This document shows, one piece after another, positions 51,140 through 60,534 of a DNA stretch of 64,000 nucleotides. The position numbers and the translations under genes were made by a program. Each line of letters opens with the position of its first letter. Position 1 is the first letter of the stretch. Source of the stretch: an uncultured Planctomycetales bacterium. GTDB lineage: Bacteria; Omnitrophota; Gorgyraeia; Zapsychrales; JAHFFX01. The stretch covers positions 27,294-91,293 of the forward strand of contig CAYXGG010000008.1 in the NCBI GenBank assembly GCA_964464475.1, written 5' to 3'. The notes beneath the pieces were generated by a model. That model was not told where the DNA came from. It did no database searches and worked only from the letters and a program-made list of their open reading frames with translations.

Positions 51140-52831
51140 ATGAGAAATTCAAGATTATGGGTGTGTTTCGCGTGGTTATTGCTTTGTTTGGTCCGTAGTG
51201 GCTGGGCTGAAACAATAACGCCGGATTCAAAAATTGTTCAGATTGCGGTCTATCCGGATTCGGTGATGGTGACACGTCAAACGGAGGTTAAGCTAACGCC
51301 GGGGGAGCACGCTATCAAATTTGAGGACATAGTGACGCCTTTTGAACAAAATTCTTTGTCAGTTAAAGGCGAAGGGACTGCTCAGGTTAAACTGTTTGGG
51401 GCTCAGATTAAGCAGGAATACCTTATAGAATCAGCCAATGAACGGCTCAAGGATTTGCAAAATAGAATTGAAGGCCTGGATGATGAATTGATGGCCAAAA
51501 ATGCGGAAAGTCAGGTTCTCGAGCAGAAGAAGCAATTTTTAGAATCGGTGAAGTTGTTTTCCGCTGAACAACTACCTAAGGATCTAGTGACCAAAATGCC
51601 GACGACTGCTGAATTGGAAGGGACGTTGGAATTCGTTACAACGCAGTTTGCTGCAATTGAGCAGTCTCGAGAGGAAATTCGGTTAGCCATTCGTGATTTG
51701 CAACGTAAGCGAGAGGCTTTGGTTCGAGAAATGAATGATGTCCGCGGTCCGCAGAATCGTCAGAAGCAATCGGTTTGGGTGGATTTGAATTGTGTTCAAG
51801 AAGGATCGCTAACCGTACAGATTTCCTATCTCGTGAGAGGGGTTTCCTGGTATCCGCAGTACGACGCTCGCGCTTCCTTAACTCAAGATGATTTGGAGCT
51901 CACCACTTTTGGTGTGGTGACACAGAATTCAGGTGAAGACTGGAACGATGTGGAAATGCTTTTGTCTACGGCTCAGCCTTCTATTGGAGGACGAATGCCG
52001 CAGGTAATCCCCTGGATATTGCGCGCTTATCAACCGCCGCCACCCATGGCGAGGCAACGCGGGATGCTGAAAGCAGCCGTAGATGATATTGGAGATCAAT
52101 ATTCCCCTGGAGTGATGTCTGCTTTGGCAGGAGCTCCCATGATGGAAGCTGCTCAAAAGGTGACTGCGGAACCAGCCTATTCGCAAGTACAGTCAAAAGG
52201 AATATCGGTTAACTATAAATTACCTCGAAAGGCAACGATCAAATCAGATGGTTCAGAACACAAATTTCCGGTGGCCAGTTTAAGACTAGTCGCGAATTAT
52301 GAGTACTCAGCGTATCCTCGCTTAAGTCCTTTTGTTTATCTGGGAAGTAAAATCAAAAATACTTCCGAAGCTCAGCTTTTAGCCGGTCAGGTCAATATTT
52401 TCTTGGAAGGCGATTTTGTGGGAAATTCCAGCTTGGATCATATCGGGCCGGGGGAAGAGTTTCCTTTATTCTTGGGGGCTGATGACAATGTAAAGGCTAA
52501 GAAGGAAGAAATTCAGCGGCAAGTGGATGAGACCATGCTCGGGGGGTTGCCTTCTCCTAATCGCAAGACAACGCTTAAATATAAGTTGACGGTAGAAAAT
52601 TATAAATCGAAGACCGTCAAATTGAATCTGTTTGACGCGGTTCCCATCGCGGAAGATGATCGTATTAAAGTTAAACTTTCCGAGGTTTCTGTCACTCCCA
52701 CGACCAAGGATTGGGAGAATCGTAAAGGTGTTTGGAAATGGGAACTGACGTTAGCCCCGGCGCAGAAACAGGAAATTCATTACACGGTTATCATCGAGCA
52801 TCCTAAAGATTTGCAGATTGAAGGATTATGA
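51140..52831 (+). CDS. secreted DUF4139/DUF4140 (MuiA-like) protein
   Basis: AAGGAGG SD; signal peptide; N-terminal beta region, central coiled coil, C-terminal DUF4139-like region. Confidence 0.6.
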   Translation: MRNSRLWVCFAWLLLCLVRSGWAETITPDSKIVQIAVYPDSVMVTRQTEVKLTPGEHAIKFEDIVTPFEQNSLSVKGEGTAQVKLFGAQIKQEYLIESANERLKDLQNRIEGLDDELMAKNAESQVLEQKKQFLESVKLFSAEQLPKDLVTKMPTTAELEGTLEFVTTQFAAIEQSREEIRLAIRDLQRKREALVREMNDVRGPQNRQKQSVWVDLNCVQEGSLTVQISYLVRGVSWYPQYDARASLTQDDLELTTFGVVTQNSGEDWNDVEMLLSTAQPSIGGRMPQVIPWILRAYQPPPPMARQRGMLKAAVDDIGDQYSPGVMSALAGAPMMEAAQKVTAEPAYSQVQSKGISVNYKLPRKATIKSDGSEHKFPVASLRLVANYEYSAYPRLSPFVYLGSKIKNTSEAQLLAGQVNIFLEGDFVGNSSLDHIGPGEEFPLFLGADDNVKAKKEEIQRQVDETMLGGLPSPNRKTTLKYKLTVENYKSKTVKLNLFDAVPIAEDDRIKVKLSEVSVTPTTKDWENRKGVWKWELTLAPAQKQEIHYTVIIEHPKDLQIEGL

Positions 52832-52832
52832 A

Positions 52833-53798
52833 ATGAAAATTAAGCGTATCGGTTTGTTGACTTCCGGTGGGGATGGGCCAGGCATGAACGCCGCGATAAG
52901 GGCCGTGGTTCGTTTTGCTTTATCGAATGGATTGAAAGTAAGTGGGATTATGCGAGGGTATGACGGTTTGGTCAAAAATAATATCCTCGAATTAAATCAT
53001 CGGTCCGTTTCCAATATTATTAACAAAGGGGGAACCATTTTGAAAACCGCGCGTTCACCGGAATTTCGTACTCCTGCGGGGACTCGTCGCGCGGTGGAAA
53101 ATATGCGCAAACAGCATATCGATGCTTTAGTGGTGATCGGTGGGGATGGTACCTATATTGGGGCTAATCGGCTTTTCGAACAATGGCAGATCCCCACGGT
53201 TGGGATTCCCGGAACTATTGATAATGACCTTTTTGGGACAGATGAAACGATCGGTTGCGCGACGGCCATCAACACGGCCTTGGAATCGATTGATAAAATT
53301 CGAGATACCGCGCAAAGCATGGAACGTGTTTTTGTCATTGAAGTGATGGGAAACAAATCCGGATATATTGCCTTGCAGGTGGCTTTGGGGTCAGGAGCGG
53401 AGGAAGTGATCGTCCCTGAATACGATTTTAATTACCGAGCTATGTATAAGGAAATTGCCGCGGGAAATAAAAAAGGAAAAATTAGTTGGATCATTATTGT
53501 AGCGGAAGGGGCGGGAAAGGCCAACCTGGTCGCCCAAAAGATAAATGAGATTACCGGGCTTGAAACGAGATATGTTGTTTTGGGGCATGTTCAGCGGGGC
53601 GGCACTCCCGTTGCGACAGACCGGATTCTAGCGACTCGATTGGGGGCCAAGGCGGTGGATTTGCTCCTTAAGGGTGAGTATGGAAAGGCCGTGGGGGTGG
53701 TTCAAAATGATTTTAACATTATTCGATTGGCCCAAGCGCAGCATCGCGAGTATCAGAATTTTCAGGAGTCTTATGAACTGTTAAAGACTTTGACTTAA
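52833..53798 (+). CDS. pfkA: ATP-dependent 6-phosphofructokinase
   Basis: …IGLLTSGGDGPGMNAAIRAVV…, GGDGT, PGTIDND motifs. Confidence 0.9.
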   Translation: MKIKRIGLLTSGGDGPGMNAAIRAVVRFALSNGLKVSGIMRGYDGLVKNNILELNHRSVSNIINKGGTILKTARSPEFRTPAGTRRAVENMRKQHIDALVVIGGDGTYIGANRLFEQWQIPTVGIPGTIDNDLFGTDETIGCATAINTALESIDKIRDTAQSMERVFVIEVMGNKSGYIALQVALGSGAEEVIVPEYDFNYRAMYKEIAAGNKKGKISWIIIVAEGAGKANLVAQKINEITGLETRYVVLGHVQRGGTPVATDRILATRLGAKAVDLLLKGEYGKAVGVVQNDFNIIRLAQAQHREYQNFQESYELLKTLT

Positions 53799-53877
53799 GA
53801 CTGAAATACGTTAAAATAAGTTCTAATTTTTTGGGAGAAATAAGTATTATTACTATTTTTAAGGAAGGATGTTAATC

Positions 53878-54870
53878 ATGCCTAAGATTTATTATGACAA
53901 AGACGCAGATTTGAATGAGATTAAAAATAAAACGATTGCCATTATTGGCTACGGGATTCAGGGGCGAGGACAGGCGTTAAATTTACGAGACAGCGGACTG
54001 AAGGTCATCATCGGTCAGCGACCCGGTGGTCCGAATTACGATCAGGCTAAGAAAGATGGTTTTTCTCCCCTGAGCGCTGAGGAAGCGTCGCAGCAGGCTG
54101 ATGTGATTCAGATTTTAGTGCAGGATCATTTGCAGGCAGATCTTTACAAAAAATCAATTGCCCCGTATTTGAAGAAAGGGAAGACGTTGGTCTTCTCGCA
54201 TGGGTTTAATATTCATTTTAAACAGATTCTTCCTCCCAAAGATGTTGATGTCGTGATGGTGGCACCTAAAGGGCCGGGTTCGTTGGTTCGTCGGCAGTAC
54301 GAAGAAGGTAGGGGCGTTCCTTGCTTAGTGGCGATTCATCAAAATCCTTCCAAAAACGCGTTAAAAACAGCGTTAGCGTACGCCAAGGGCGTTGGCGGCA
54401 CACGTGGCGGAGTGATTGAGACGACGTTTAAAGAAGAGACAGAAACCGATCTTTTTGGTGAACAAGCGGTGCTCTGTGGTGGAACGAGTGAATTGATTAA
54501 AGCGGGTTTTGAAACGTTAGTTAAAGCGGGCTACCAGCCGGAAATTGCGTATTTTGAGTGTCTGCATGAATTAAAATTGATCGTTGATATTATTTATGAG
54601 GAAGGGTTGACGGGAATGCGTCGCCGGGTTTCAGATACGGCCGAGTATGGTGATTATTCTAGGGGGAAACGTGTGATTACACCTAAAGTCCGTCAAGAAA
54701 TGAAAAAAATATTAAAAGAGATCCAATCAGGCAAATTTGCCAAAGAATGGATTGCAGAAAATAAAAAAGGCCGTAAGAATTTCTTAAAAATGCGGCAAAC
54801 CGATGAACATCATTTGGTGGAAAATGTCGGGTTGAAGCTACGCGCTATGATGCCCTGGATGAAAAAGTAA
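53878..54870 (+). CDS. ilvC: ketol-acid reductoisomerase (class I)
   Basis: …[21 protein letters not shown]…; about 330 aa. Confidence 0.9.
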   Translation: MPKIYYDKDADLNEIKNKTIAIIGYGIQGRGQALNLRDSGLKVIIGQRPGGPNYDQAKKDGFSPLSAEEASQQADVIQILVQDHLQADLYKKSIAPYLKKGKTLVFSHGFNIHFKQILPPKDVDVVMVAPKGPGSLVRRQYEEGRGVPCLVAIHQNPSKNALKTALAYAKGVGGTRGGVIETTFKEETETDLFGEQAVLCGGTSELIKAGFETLVKAGYQPEIAYFECLHELKLIVDIIYEEGLTGMRRRVSDTAEYGDYSRGKRVITPKVRQEMKKILKEIQSGKFAKEWIAENKKGRKNFLKMRQTDEHHLVENVGLKLRAMMPWMKK

Positions 54871-54886
54871 GCACCTCGGGTTTTGA

Positions 54887-54925
54887 GGGGCCCCGCGGAC
54901 GAATGTCCGCGGGGCCCATTTGAAA
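54887..54925 (+). terminator. GC-rich hairpin after ilvC (terminator-like)
   Basis: GGGGCCCCGCGGAC-GAAT-GTCCGCGGGGCCC followed by ATTTGAAAAT (weak U-tract). Confidence 0.45.
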
Positions 54926-55272
54926 ATAGCATAGCGAATCAATTGTTTTGTTTATGTCAATTAGGAAGGCTACTTCTCAACAAAGAAATTTGAACTCCCC
55001 GATTCCCTCCCGAATGGGCGGACGTCCTGTATTTTTGCTTTTTTCGTTCGTTGGCGGGAAAACGTTGAATTTACGTCTCTTAACTGAGAAGAGACGATCA
55101 ACCCCCACCCCAAATTTTTATTTATTGCTGGCGAATATCCCATTTCCGGGAAGAAAAGTTAATCATAACCTGTGCCCAAAGGCTTGGGAATCGATGAGCA
55201 ATTAGGTCGGATAGCGAAGTGGCAAGTTATCCGCCCTTCGCTCTTGGACCCAACTGATCGAGGAGAGAACCC

Positions 55273-56787
55273 ATGTCGGACCCAAATAAGGTTTTAATTT
55301 TTGATACCACTTTGCGCGATGGCGAGCAAGCGCCAGGCGCGAGTATGAATGAAAAAGAGAAACTCGAAATCGCTTTTGCTTTGGAAAGGTTAGGCGTTGA
55401 TATCATTGAGGCGGGATTTCCTATTGCTTCTCCCGGTGATTTCAAATCTGTTCAGAATGTCGCCAAGCATATCAAATCTTCCATTATCTGTGGCCTGGCC
55501 CGATCCATTAAGAAAGATATTGATGCGGCTGCTGACGCGATAAAAATGGCGAAGCGTGGCCGGATTCACGTATTTTTAGCGACGTCTAAAATTCACCTGC
55601 AGTATAAGTTTAAGAAATCCGAAGAAGAAATCTTGCAAATGGCGATCGACGCAGTCAAATACGCGCGTCGCAGATGCGATAACATTGAATTCTCGCCGGA
55701 AGACGCTTCCCGTTCCGAAAAATCATTTTTGTATCGTGTTTTGGAAGCCGTCATCGCGGCGGGGGCCACCACGGTTAATATTCCTGACACCGTGGGGTAT
55801 AGCGTTCCCCAAGAATACGGCAAGTTAATGCGGGATATTCTGGATAATGTTCCCAATATTCATAAAGCCGTGGTTTCCGCTCATTGTCATGATGATTTGG
55901 GCATGGCGGTCGCGAATTCATTGGCGGCGGTTAAGAATGGAGCGCGGCAAGTGGAATGCACCATCAATGGTGTTGGTGAGAGGGCAGGTAACGCGTCCAT
56001 GGAAGAAATTGTGATGCAGTTAAGGACGCGTCAGGATTTTTATGGATGCACAACGGGCATTAATACTAAAGAAATTAGCCGGGTATCGCGCATGGTCAGT
56101 AAGGCGACCGGGTTTGTGGTTCCTCCCAATAAAGCCATTGTGGGTGCTAACGCGTTCCGTCACGAATCGGGCATTCATCAGGATGGCATGTTAAAGGAGC
56201 GTTCTACTTACGAAATTATGCGCCCGGAAGACGTCGGTTTCTTAGAAACCGGGTTAGTCCTCGGTAAACATTCCGGAAGGCACGCCTTTAAAGATCGTTT
56301 GAAGAGTTTGGGTGTGCATTTGTCCGAAACGGAAGTTGATAAAGCTTTTGACCAATTTAAGATATTGGCAGACAAAAAAAAGCAGGTTTTTGATGAGGAT
56401 TTACTGGCCTTGGCTGATCAAGGAACTAAGATCGCAGCAGACACCTGGGTGCTCTCTAGCTTAAAAACAGTTAGCGGAACAACCATCAAGCCACAGGTCG
56501 ACGTGGTGTTAAAGAGAAAAGGCAAGTCGTTTAAAGCCTCTTCTTCTGGAGATGGTCCAGTTGATGCTTGCTACAAGGCTATTGATAAAATTACCAAATT
56601 GAAAGGGGAATTGTTGGATTATTCCATCCAGTCGGTCTCCCGCGGTAAGGACGCTTTAGGTGAGGTAACGGCCAAAGTCAGGATCAAGAATAAAAATTTG
56701 ATCGCTCGTGGAGCCAGCACGGATATTCTTGAAGCATCGGCCATGGCGTACCTCAATGCCGTCAATAAATTCCTGGCGTCAAACTGA
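55273..56787 (+). CDS. leuA: 2-isopropylmalate synthase
   Basis: …IFDTTLRDGEQAPGA…; HxH motif HCHDDLGMAVAN; C-terminal LeuA dimerisation domain. Confidence 0.9.
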   Translation: MSDPNKVLIFDTTLRDGEQAPGASMNEKEKLEIAFALERLGVDIIEAGFPIASPGDFKSVQNVAKHIKSSIICGLARSIKKDIDAAADAIKMAKRGRIHVFLATSKIHLQYKFKKSEEEILQMAIDAVKYARRRCDNIEFSPEDASRSEKSFLYRVLEAVIAAGATTVNIPDTVGYSVPQEYGKLMRDILDNVPNIHKAVVSAHCHDDLGMAVANSLAAVKNGARQVECTINGVGERAGNASMEEIVMQLRTRQDFYGCTTGINTKEISRVSRMVSKATGFVVPPNKAIVGANAFRHESGIHQDGMLKERSTYEIMRPEDVGFLETGLVLGKHSGRHAFKDRLKSLGVHLSETEVDKAFDQFKILADKKKQVFDEDLLALADQGTKIAADTWVLSSLKTVSGTTIKPQVDVVLKRKGKSFKASSSGDGPVDACYKAIDKITKLKGELLDYSIQSVSRGKDALGEVTAKVRIKNKNLIARGASTDILEASAMAYLNAVNKFLASN

Positions 56788-56801
56788 TGTCAGCGTAACT
56801 C

Positions 56802-57668
56802 ATGCCAAATCATTCCCCTATTTACGGTATCATCGGAAATCCAGTTAAGCATAGTCTGTCACCTTTTATGCATAACACGGCGTTTCGCGCTTTGGGGGTG
56901 AAGGCCGAATATAAGTTGTTTCCTCTGGAAGAAAACGAAATCGATGAGTTTTTTAAAAACTTGCGTCGTCCAGAGTGCGACATTTTTGGCCTTAACGTTA
57001 CTGTTCCCTATAAAGAAAAAGTCATTGAATATTTAGATTCTTTGAATCCATTCGCCCAGCGGGCCATGGCGGTTAATACCATTGTGATTTCCAAGAATCG
57101 TAGTCTGGTTGGCATTAATACCGATGGGCCCGGTTTTCTGGCGCACTTGGCGGAGCTTAAGTTCCCGACGGAAGGGAAAAGAATCGCTATTCTGGGAGCT
57201 GGCGGAACGACCAAATCTATTCTCAGTGCCATTTGTCTTTTGCCAGAACGACCGGAAAGCATTTTGATCTATAACCGGACTCAGGAAAAAGTTGAAGCGC
57301 TGCTCAGTGATTTAGGTCAGCGTGTTGATCTGAGTGAATGTCTTATTGCCGAGAGTATTGATGATCTAAACCTTGAGTTGGCGGACCTTCTTATCAACAC
57401 GACGTCAATAGGACTCAAACCGGATGATCCCGTGCTGGTTTCGGAAGATATGTTACATTCCAACTTGCTGGTTTATGATGTTGTTTATAATCCCATGAAG
57501 ACAACACTTTTGAAAATGGCGGATCGTAAAGGGGCGCGGAACGCGAATGGGCTGGGTATGCTGTATTATCAAGGGGTGTTAGCGTTCCAGCACTGGGCAG
57601 GTTGCCAACTAGACGAGAACGTCAAATTAAAAATGCGCGAGAGCCTATTGCGTCAGGAGGTTTTGTAA
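56802..57668 (+). CDS. aroE: shikimate dehydrogenase
   Basis: …YGIIGNPVKHSLSPFMHN…, GAGGTT NADP motif. Confidence 0.85.
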   Translation: MPNHSPIYGIIGNPVKHSLSPFMHNTAFRALGVKAEYKLFPLEENEIDEFFKNLRRPECDIFGLNVTVPYKEKVIEYLDSLNPFAQRAMAVNTIVISKNRSLVGINTDGPGFLAHLAELKFPTEGKRIAILGAGGTTKSILSAICLLPERPESILIYNRTQEKVEALLSDLGQRVDLSECLIAESIDDLNLELADLLINTTSIGLKPDDPVLVSEDMLHSNLLVYDVVYNPMKTTLLKMADRKGARNANGLGMLYYQGVLAFQHWAGCQLDENVKLKMRESLLRQEVL

Positions 57669-58714
57669 TGGAGTTCCTTTGGTTCTCCAGAGCGATTTTT
57701 TTTATTTTAGGGACGGTGGTGGGGAGTTTTTTGAATGTGTGTATCGTGCGCCTCCCCAAAGGTGAATCCGTTGTTGCGCCAGGTTCGCATTGTGTTTCTT
57801 GTCAAAAACCGATTGCCTGGTTTGATAATATTCCGCTTTTTAGCTATGTGGCGCTGGGCGGAAAGTGCCGATATTGCCAGGCCAAATTTTCCCCGCGTTA
57901 TTTAGGTATTGAATTTCTAACGGGGATCGCTTTTGTGGGATTCTGGGAAGCATTTGGTTGGCAGGCGGTGTTGATTCCTTATTTGTTTTTGGTTTCCGGT
58001 TTTATTATCGCTACTTTCGTTGACTTTGAGCACCGCATTATTCCGGATGAAGTTAGTTTGGGGGGATTGGTTGCAGGTATACTTTTTAGTGCGTTTATTC
58101 CCGCTTTGCACGATACGACGGATGGTGTTTTATCCGCCGGTCGCTGGATTGCGTTAATCATGGTTGGGCTGTGTTTGACCATGTATAAATTAATGTGTCT
58201 TTTTCAAAAGCCGGCAGCCGCGACTGACCCTCGGACAGGTGAAATTTCCGAAGAACCTCGGGAACAAGAGGATTTGGTTTTTTATGTCATTGTGCTGGCG
58301 GCTACGGCAGCAGTTTTTTTACTGCATTTTGCGATCACTAAATTTGGGGCGCAAGCTCCCGTGATGGCGATGCATTTACTATCCCTGGAAGCCTCCTTAA
58401 TAGGATTTTTGGTGGGGGGAGGGACTATCTTCGCCATGGGGATGCTGGGAGAAATTATATTCCGAAAAGAAGCGATGGGAGGCGGCGACGTAAAATTATT
58501 GGCCATGATCGGCGCTTTCTTAGGCTGGAAAAACGCTATCCTGACTTTCTTTATTTCTCCACTATTTGGAGCGGTTGTAGGTATTCTAATTATGCTTCGT
58601 ACTAAAGAAAAGGCTATCGCGTATGGTCCGTATATAGTTTTAGGGGCATTAATCAGTCTTTTTTTCTCCGAAATAATTATTAATTGGATTTTAAACGGTT
58701 ATGGCTTAAATTGA
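57668..58714 (+). CDS. pilD: prepilin peptidase (type IV, A24 family) with internal insertion
   Basis: Zn tetracysteine C-x2-C…C-x2-C (CVSCQK…CRYCQ); catalytic Asp contexts; start overlaps the aroE stop (TAATG). Confidence 0.85.
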   Translation: MEFLWFSRAIFFILGTVVGSFLNVCIVRLPKGESVVAPGSHCVSCQKPIAWFDNIPLFSYVALGGKCRYCQAKFSPRYLGIEFLTGIAFVGFWEAFGWQAVLIPYLFLVSGFIIATFVDFEHRIIPDEVSLGGLVAGILFSAFIPALHDTTDGVLSAGRWIALIMVGLCLTMYKLMCLFQKPAAATDPRTGEISEEPREQEDLVFYVIVLAATAAVFLLHFAITKFGAQAPVMAMHLLSLEASLIGFLVGGGTIFAMGMLGEIIFRKEAMGGGDVKLLAMIGAFLGWKNAILTFFISPLFGAVVGILIMLRTKEKAIAYGPYIVLGALISLFFSEIIINWILNGYGLN

Positions 58715-58868
58715 AGCATTAATGTCTTCTCTAATATAGTAGTTAGATAGTCAAATTTTCTCCCTTCCTGCTATCCCCAGTAGTTTAACTGATCTATTCA
58801 TTGCCTAAAGCCTGTCTTCCTAAGCTCTTTTTGAGAGGAAGAAAGGTCAATAATAATTGAAACGAGTT

Positions 58869-58898
58869 TTGACACTGTTTAGTGGGGTATGTTAAAAT
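58869..58898 (+). promoter_or_regulatory. consensus-like sigma70 promoter (TTGACA-17-TTAAAAT) for aroK; predicted leaderless transcript
   Basis: Perfect -35 TTGACA at 58869-58874; the -10 ends about 8 nt before ATG 58906. Confidence 0.45.
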
Positions 58899-58905
58899 TC
58901 ACGCC

Positions 58906-59415
58906 ATGCGTAAGAATATTGTGCTCATCGGCTTTATGGGCGCGGGTAAATCTATGGTTTCCAAGAGTTTAGCAAGAAAATTGCAGCGCGACCGCGTGTC
59001 TACCGATGAATTGATTGAACAGCAAGAGGGCCAGAAAATCAGTGATATCTTTCGCGATCGGGGCGAAGCTTATTTTCGAGAGAAGGAAGCGCAGCTGGCG
59101 GCCGTATTGTCTGCCCGTGATGGTCTCATTATTGATTGCGGAGGGGGACTTGCCGCTGACTTACGAAATTTAGATCGTTTGAAGCAAACAGGAACAGTTT
59201 TTTATTTACAGACCTCTCCCGATATTATTTTAAAAAGGGTGGGACATCAAAACCATCGGCCATTACTACAGGTGCCGGATCCTTTAGCTAAAATTAAGGA
59301 ACTATTGCTTTTGCGGGATCCGATTTATCGTCAGGCCCACCATGTGATTAACACCGATGACCATCAGGTGGAAGATACCGCGCAGGCTATTATGAGGATG
59401 TTGAATCATGACTGA
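58906..59415 (+). CDS. aroK: shikimate kinase
   Basis: …NIVLIGFMGAGKS… Walker A; about 170 aa; ORF track starts at upstream GTG 58882. Confidence 0.85.
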   Translation: MRKNIVLIGFMGAGKSMVSKSLARKLQRDRVSTDELIEQQEGQKISDIFRDRGEAYFREKEAQLAAVLSARDGLIIDCGGGLAADLRNLDRLKQTGTVFYLQTSPDIILKRVGHQNHRPLLQVPDPLAKIKELLLLRDPIYRQAHHVINTDDHQVEDTAQAIMRMLNHD

Positions 59416-60520
59416 ACTCGATGCTTTGATCGTGTTAAATGCCATTCCTTCCGCAGGCCCGGCCAAGATTAAGGAACTGTTGGCGTTGTGCGGCTCCGCG
59501 CGGGCGGTTTTGGAAACGCCGATGGCTGTCTTGCGACGAGAAATAGCGGGTTCAGAAAAATTGTGGGAGCATTGGTCAACGTTTAGGCGCGATGAATTTT
59601 TGGCGACAGAATCACGACTGATGCATCAACACCAAGTTCGAGTTTGTTCTTTCACTGATGAGGCGTTTCCACACCAACTGAAGAATATCGCGCAGTCACC
59701 CGTTCTGTTATACGTAAAAGGCCAATGGCCTGAGGCATCCCAACAATGTCTAGGGATCGTTGGTTCACGACAGGCTAGTTTATATGGCGTGGGGGTTGCC
59801 AAAAAATTGGCAATTGAACTGGTCGAGAGGGGCGTTGTCGTGGTTTCCGGATTAGCGCGGGGCATTGATGCGGCAGCTCACGCCGGTGCTTTAGAAGCCG
59901 GCGGTCAAACTATCGGGGTCGTGGGGTGCGGGCTGGCGCATCTTTATCCTTTGGAAAACGCGCGACTGTGGCGTGATATTCCTCAGGCAGGAATTATTGT
60001 TTCCGAATTTCCCATGTTGATGGAACCCTTGGCCAAAAATTTTCCCCGCCGAAATCGCATTATTAGCGGTCTTTCCTCCGGAATTATTGTCGTTGAAGCG
60101 GCTTTAAATAGTGGGGCGTTAATAACGGTTGATTATGCTCTGGAGCAGGGACGTGATGTGTACGCCGTGCCCGGGCCTTGGGGGTGTCCGCAGTCGCAAG
60201 GTGTTAATCGTCTAATCCAGCAAGGAGCCAAATTGATCATGTCTGTTGACGATGTTTGGGAGGAGATGGAAAACACTCAAAGCCAGACCGTGGCTGCCGA
60301 TGCGGTTGGTCATCGATTTTCAGAGGTGATAGAGGAAAGTCTTCTCTCTGAAAGGGACGTCTTTACCATTATTACGCACTCGCCCAAACATATCGACGCG
60401 CTCGCCGCAGAGATGAATTGTTCAACGGAAAATTTGTCTCGCCCGCTGTTAGATCTGGAATTGAAGCGTTTGGTTAAACAATTGCCGGGCAAATGGTTTG
60501 TCCGCGCATTACAAAATTAA
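59408..60520 (+). CDS. dprA: DNA-processing protein A (Smf/DprA)
   Basis: …GIVGSRQASLYG…VVSGLARGIDAAAH… Rossmann-like DprA core. Confidence 0.85.
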   Translation: MTELDALIVLNAIPSAGPAKIKELLALCGSARAVLETPMAVLRREIAGSEKLWEHWSTFRRDEFLATESRLMHQHQVRVCSFTDEAFPHQLKNIAQSPVLLYVKGQWPEASQQCLGIVGSRQASLYGVGVAKKLAIELVERGVVVVSGLARGIDAAAHAGALEAGGQTIGVVGCGLAHLYPLENARLWRDIPQAGIIVSEFPMLMEPLAKNFPRRNRIISGLSSGIIVVEAALNSGALITVDYALEQGRDVYAVPGPWGCPQSQGVNRLIQQGAKLIMSVDDVWEEMENTQSQTVAADAVGHRFSEVIEESLLSERDVFTIITHSPKHIDALAAEMNCSTENLSRPLLDLELKRLVKQLPGKWFVRALQN

Positions 60521-60534
60521 GGATAGGAAAACGC

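Noticed and set aside
54948-55205. 85-aa ORF in the ilvC-leuA spacer as a real protein
   Set aside because: It has no RBS and the region is better explained as a regulatory leader; the Leu-rich segment was instead noted as a possible attenuation signal.
55100-55272. T-box riboswitch upstream of leuA
   Set aside because: The conserved T-box sequence (AATTAGGGTGGNACCGCG-like) is not present.
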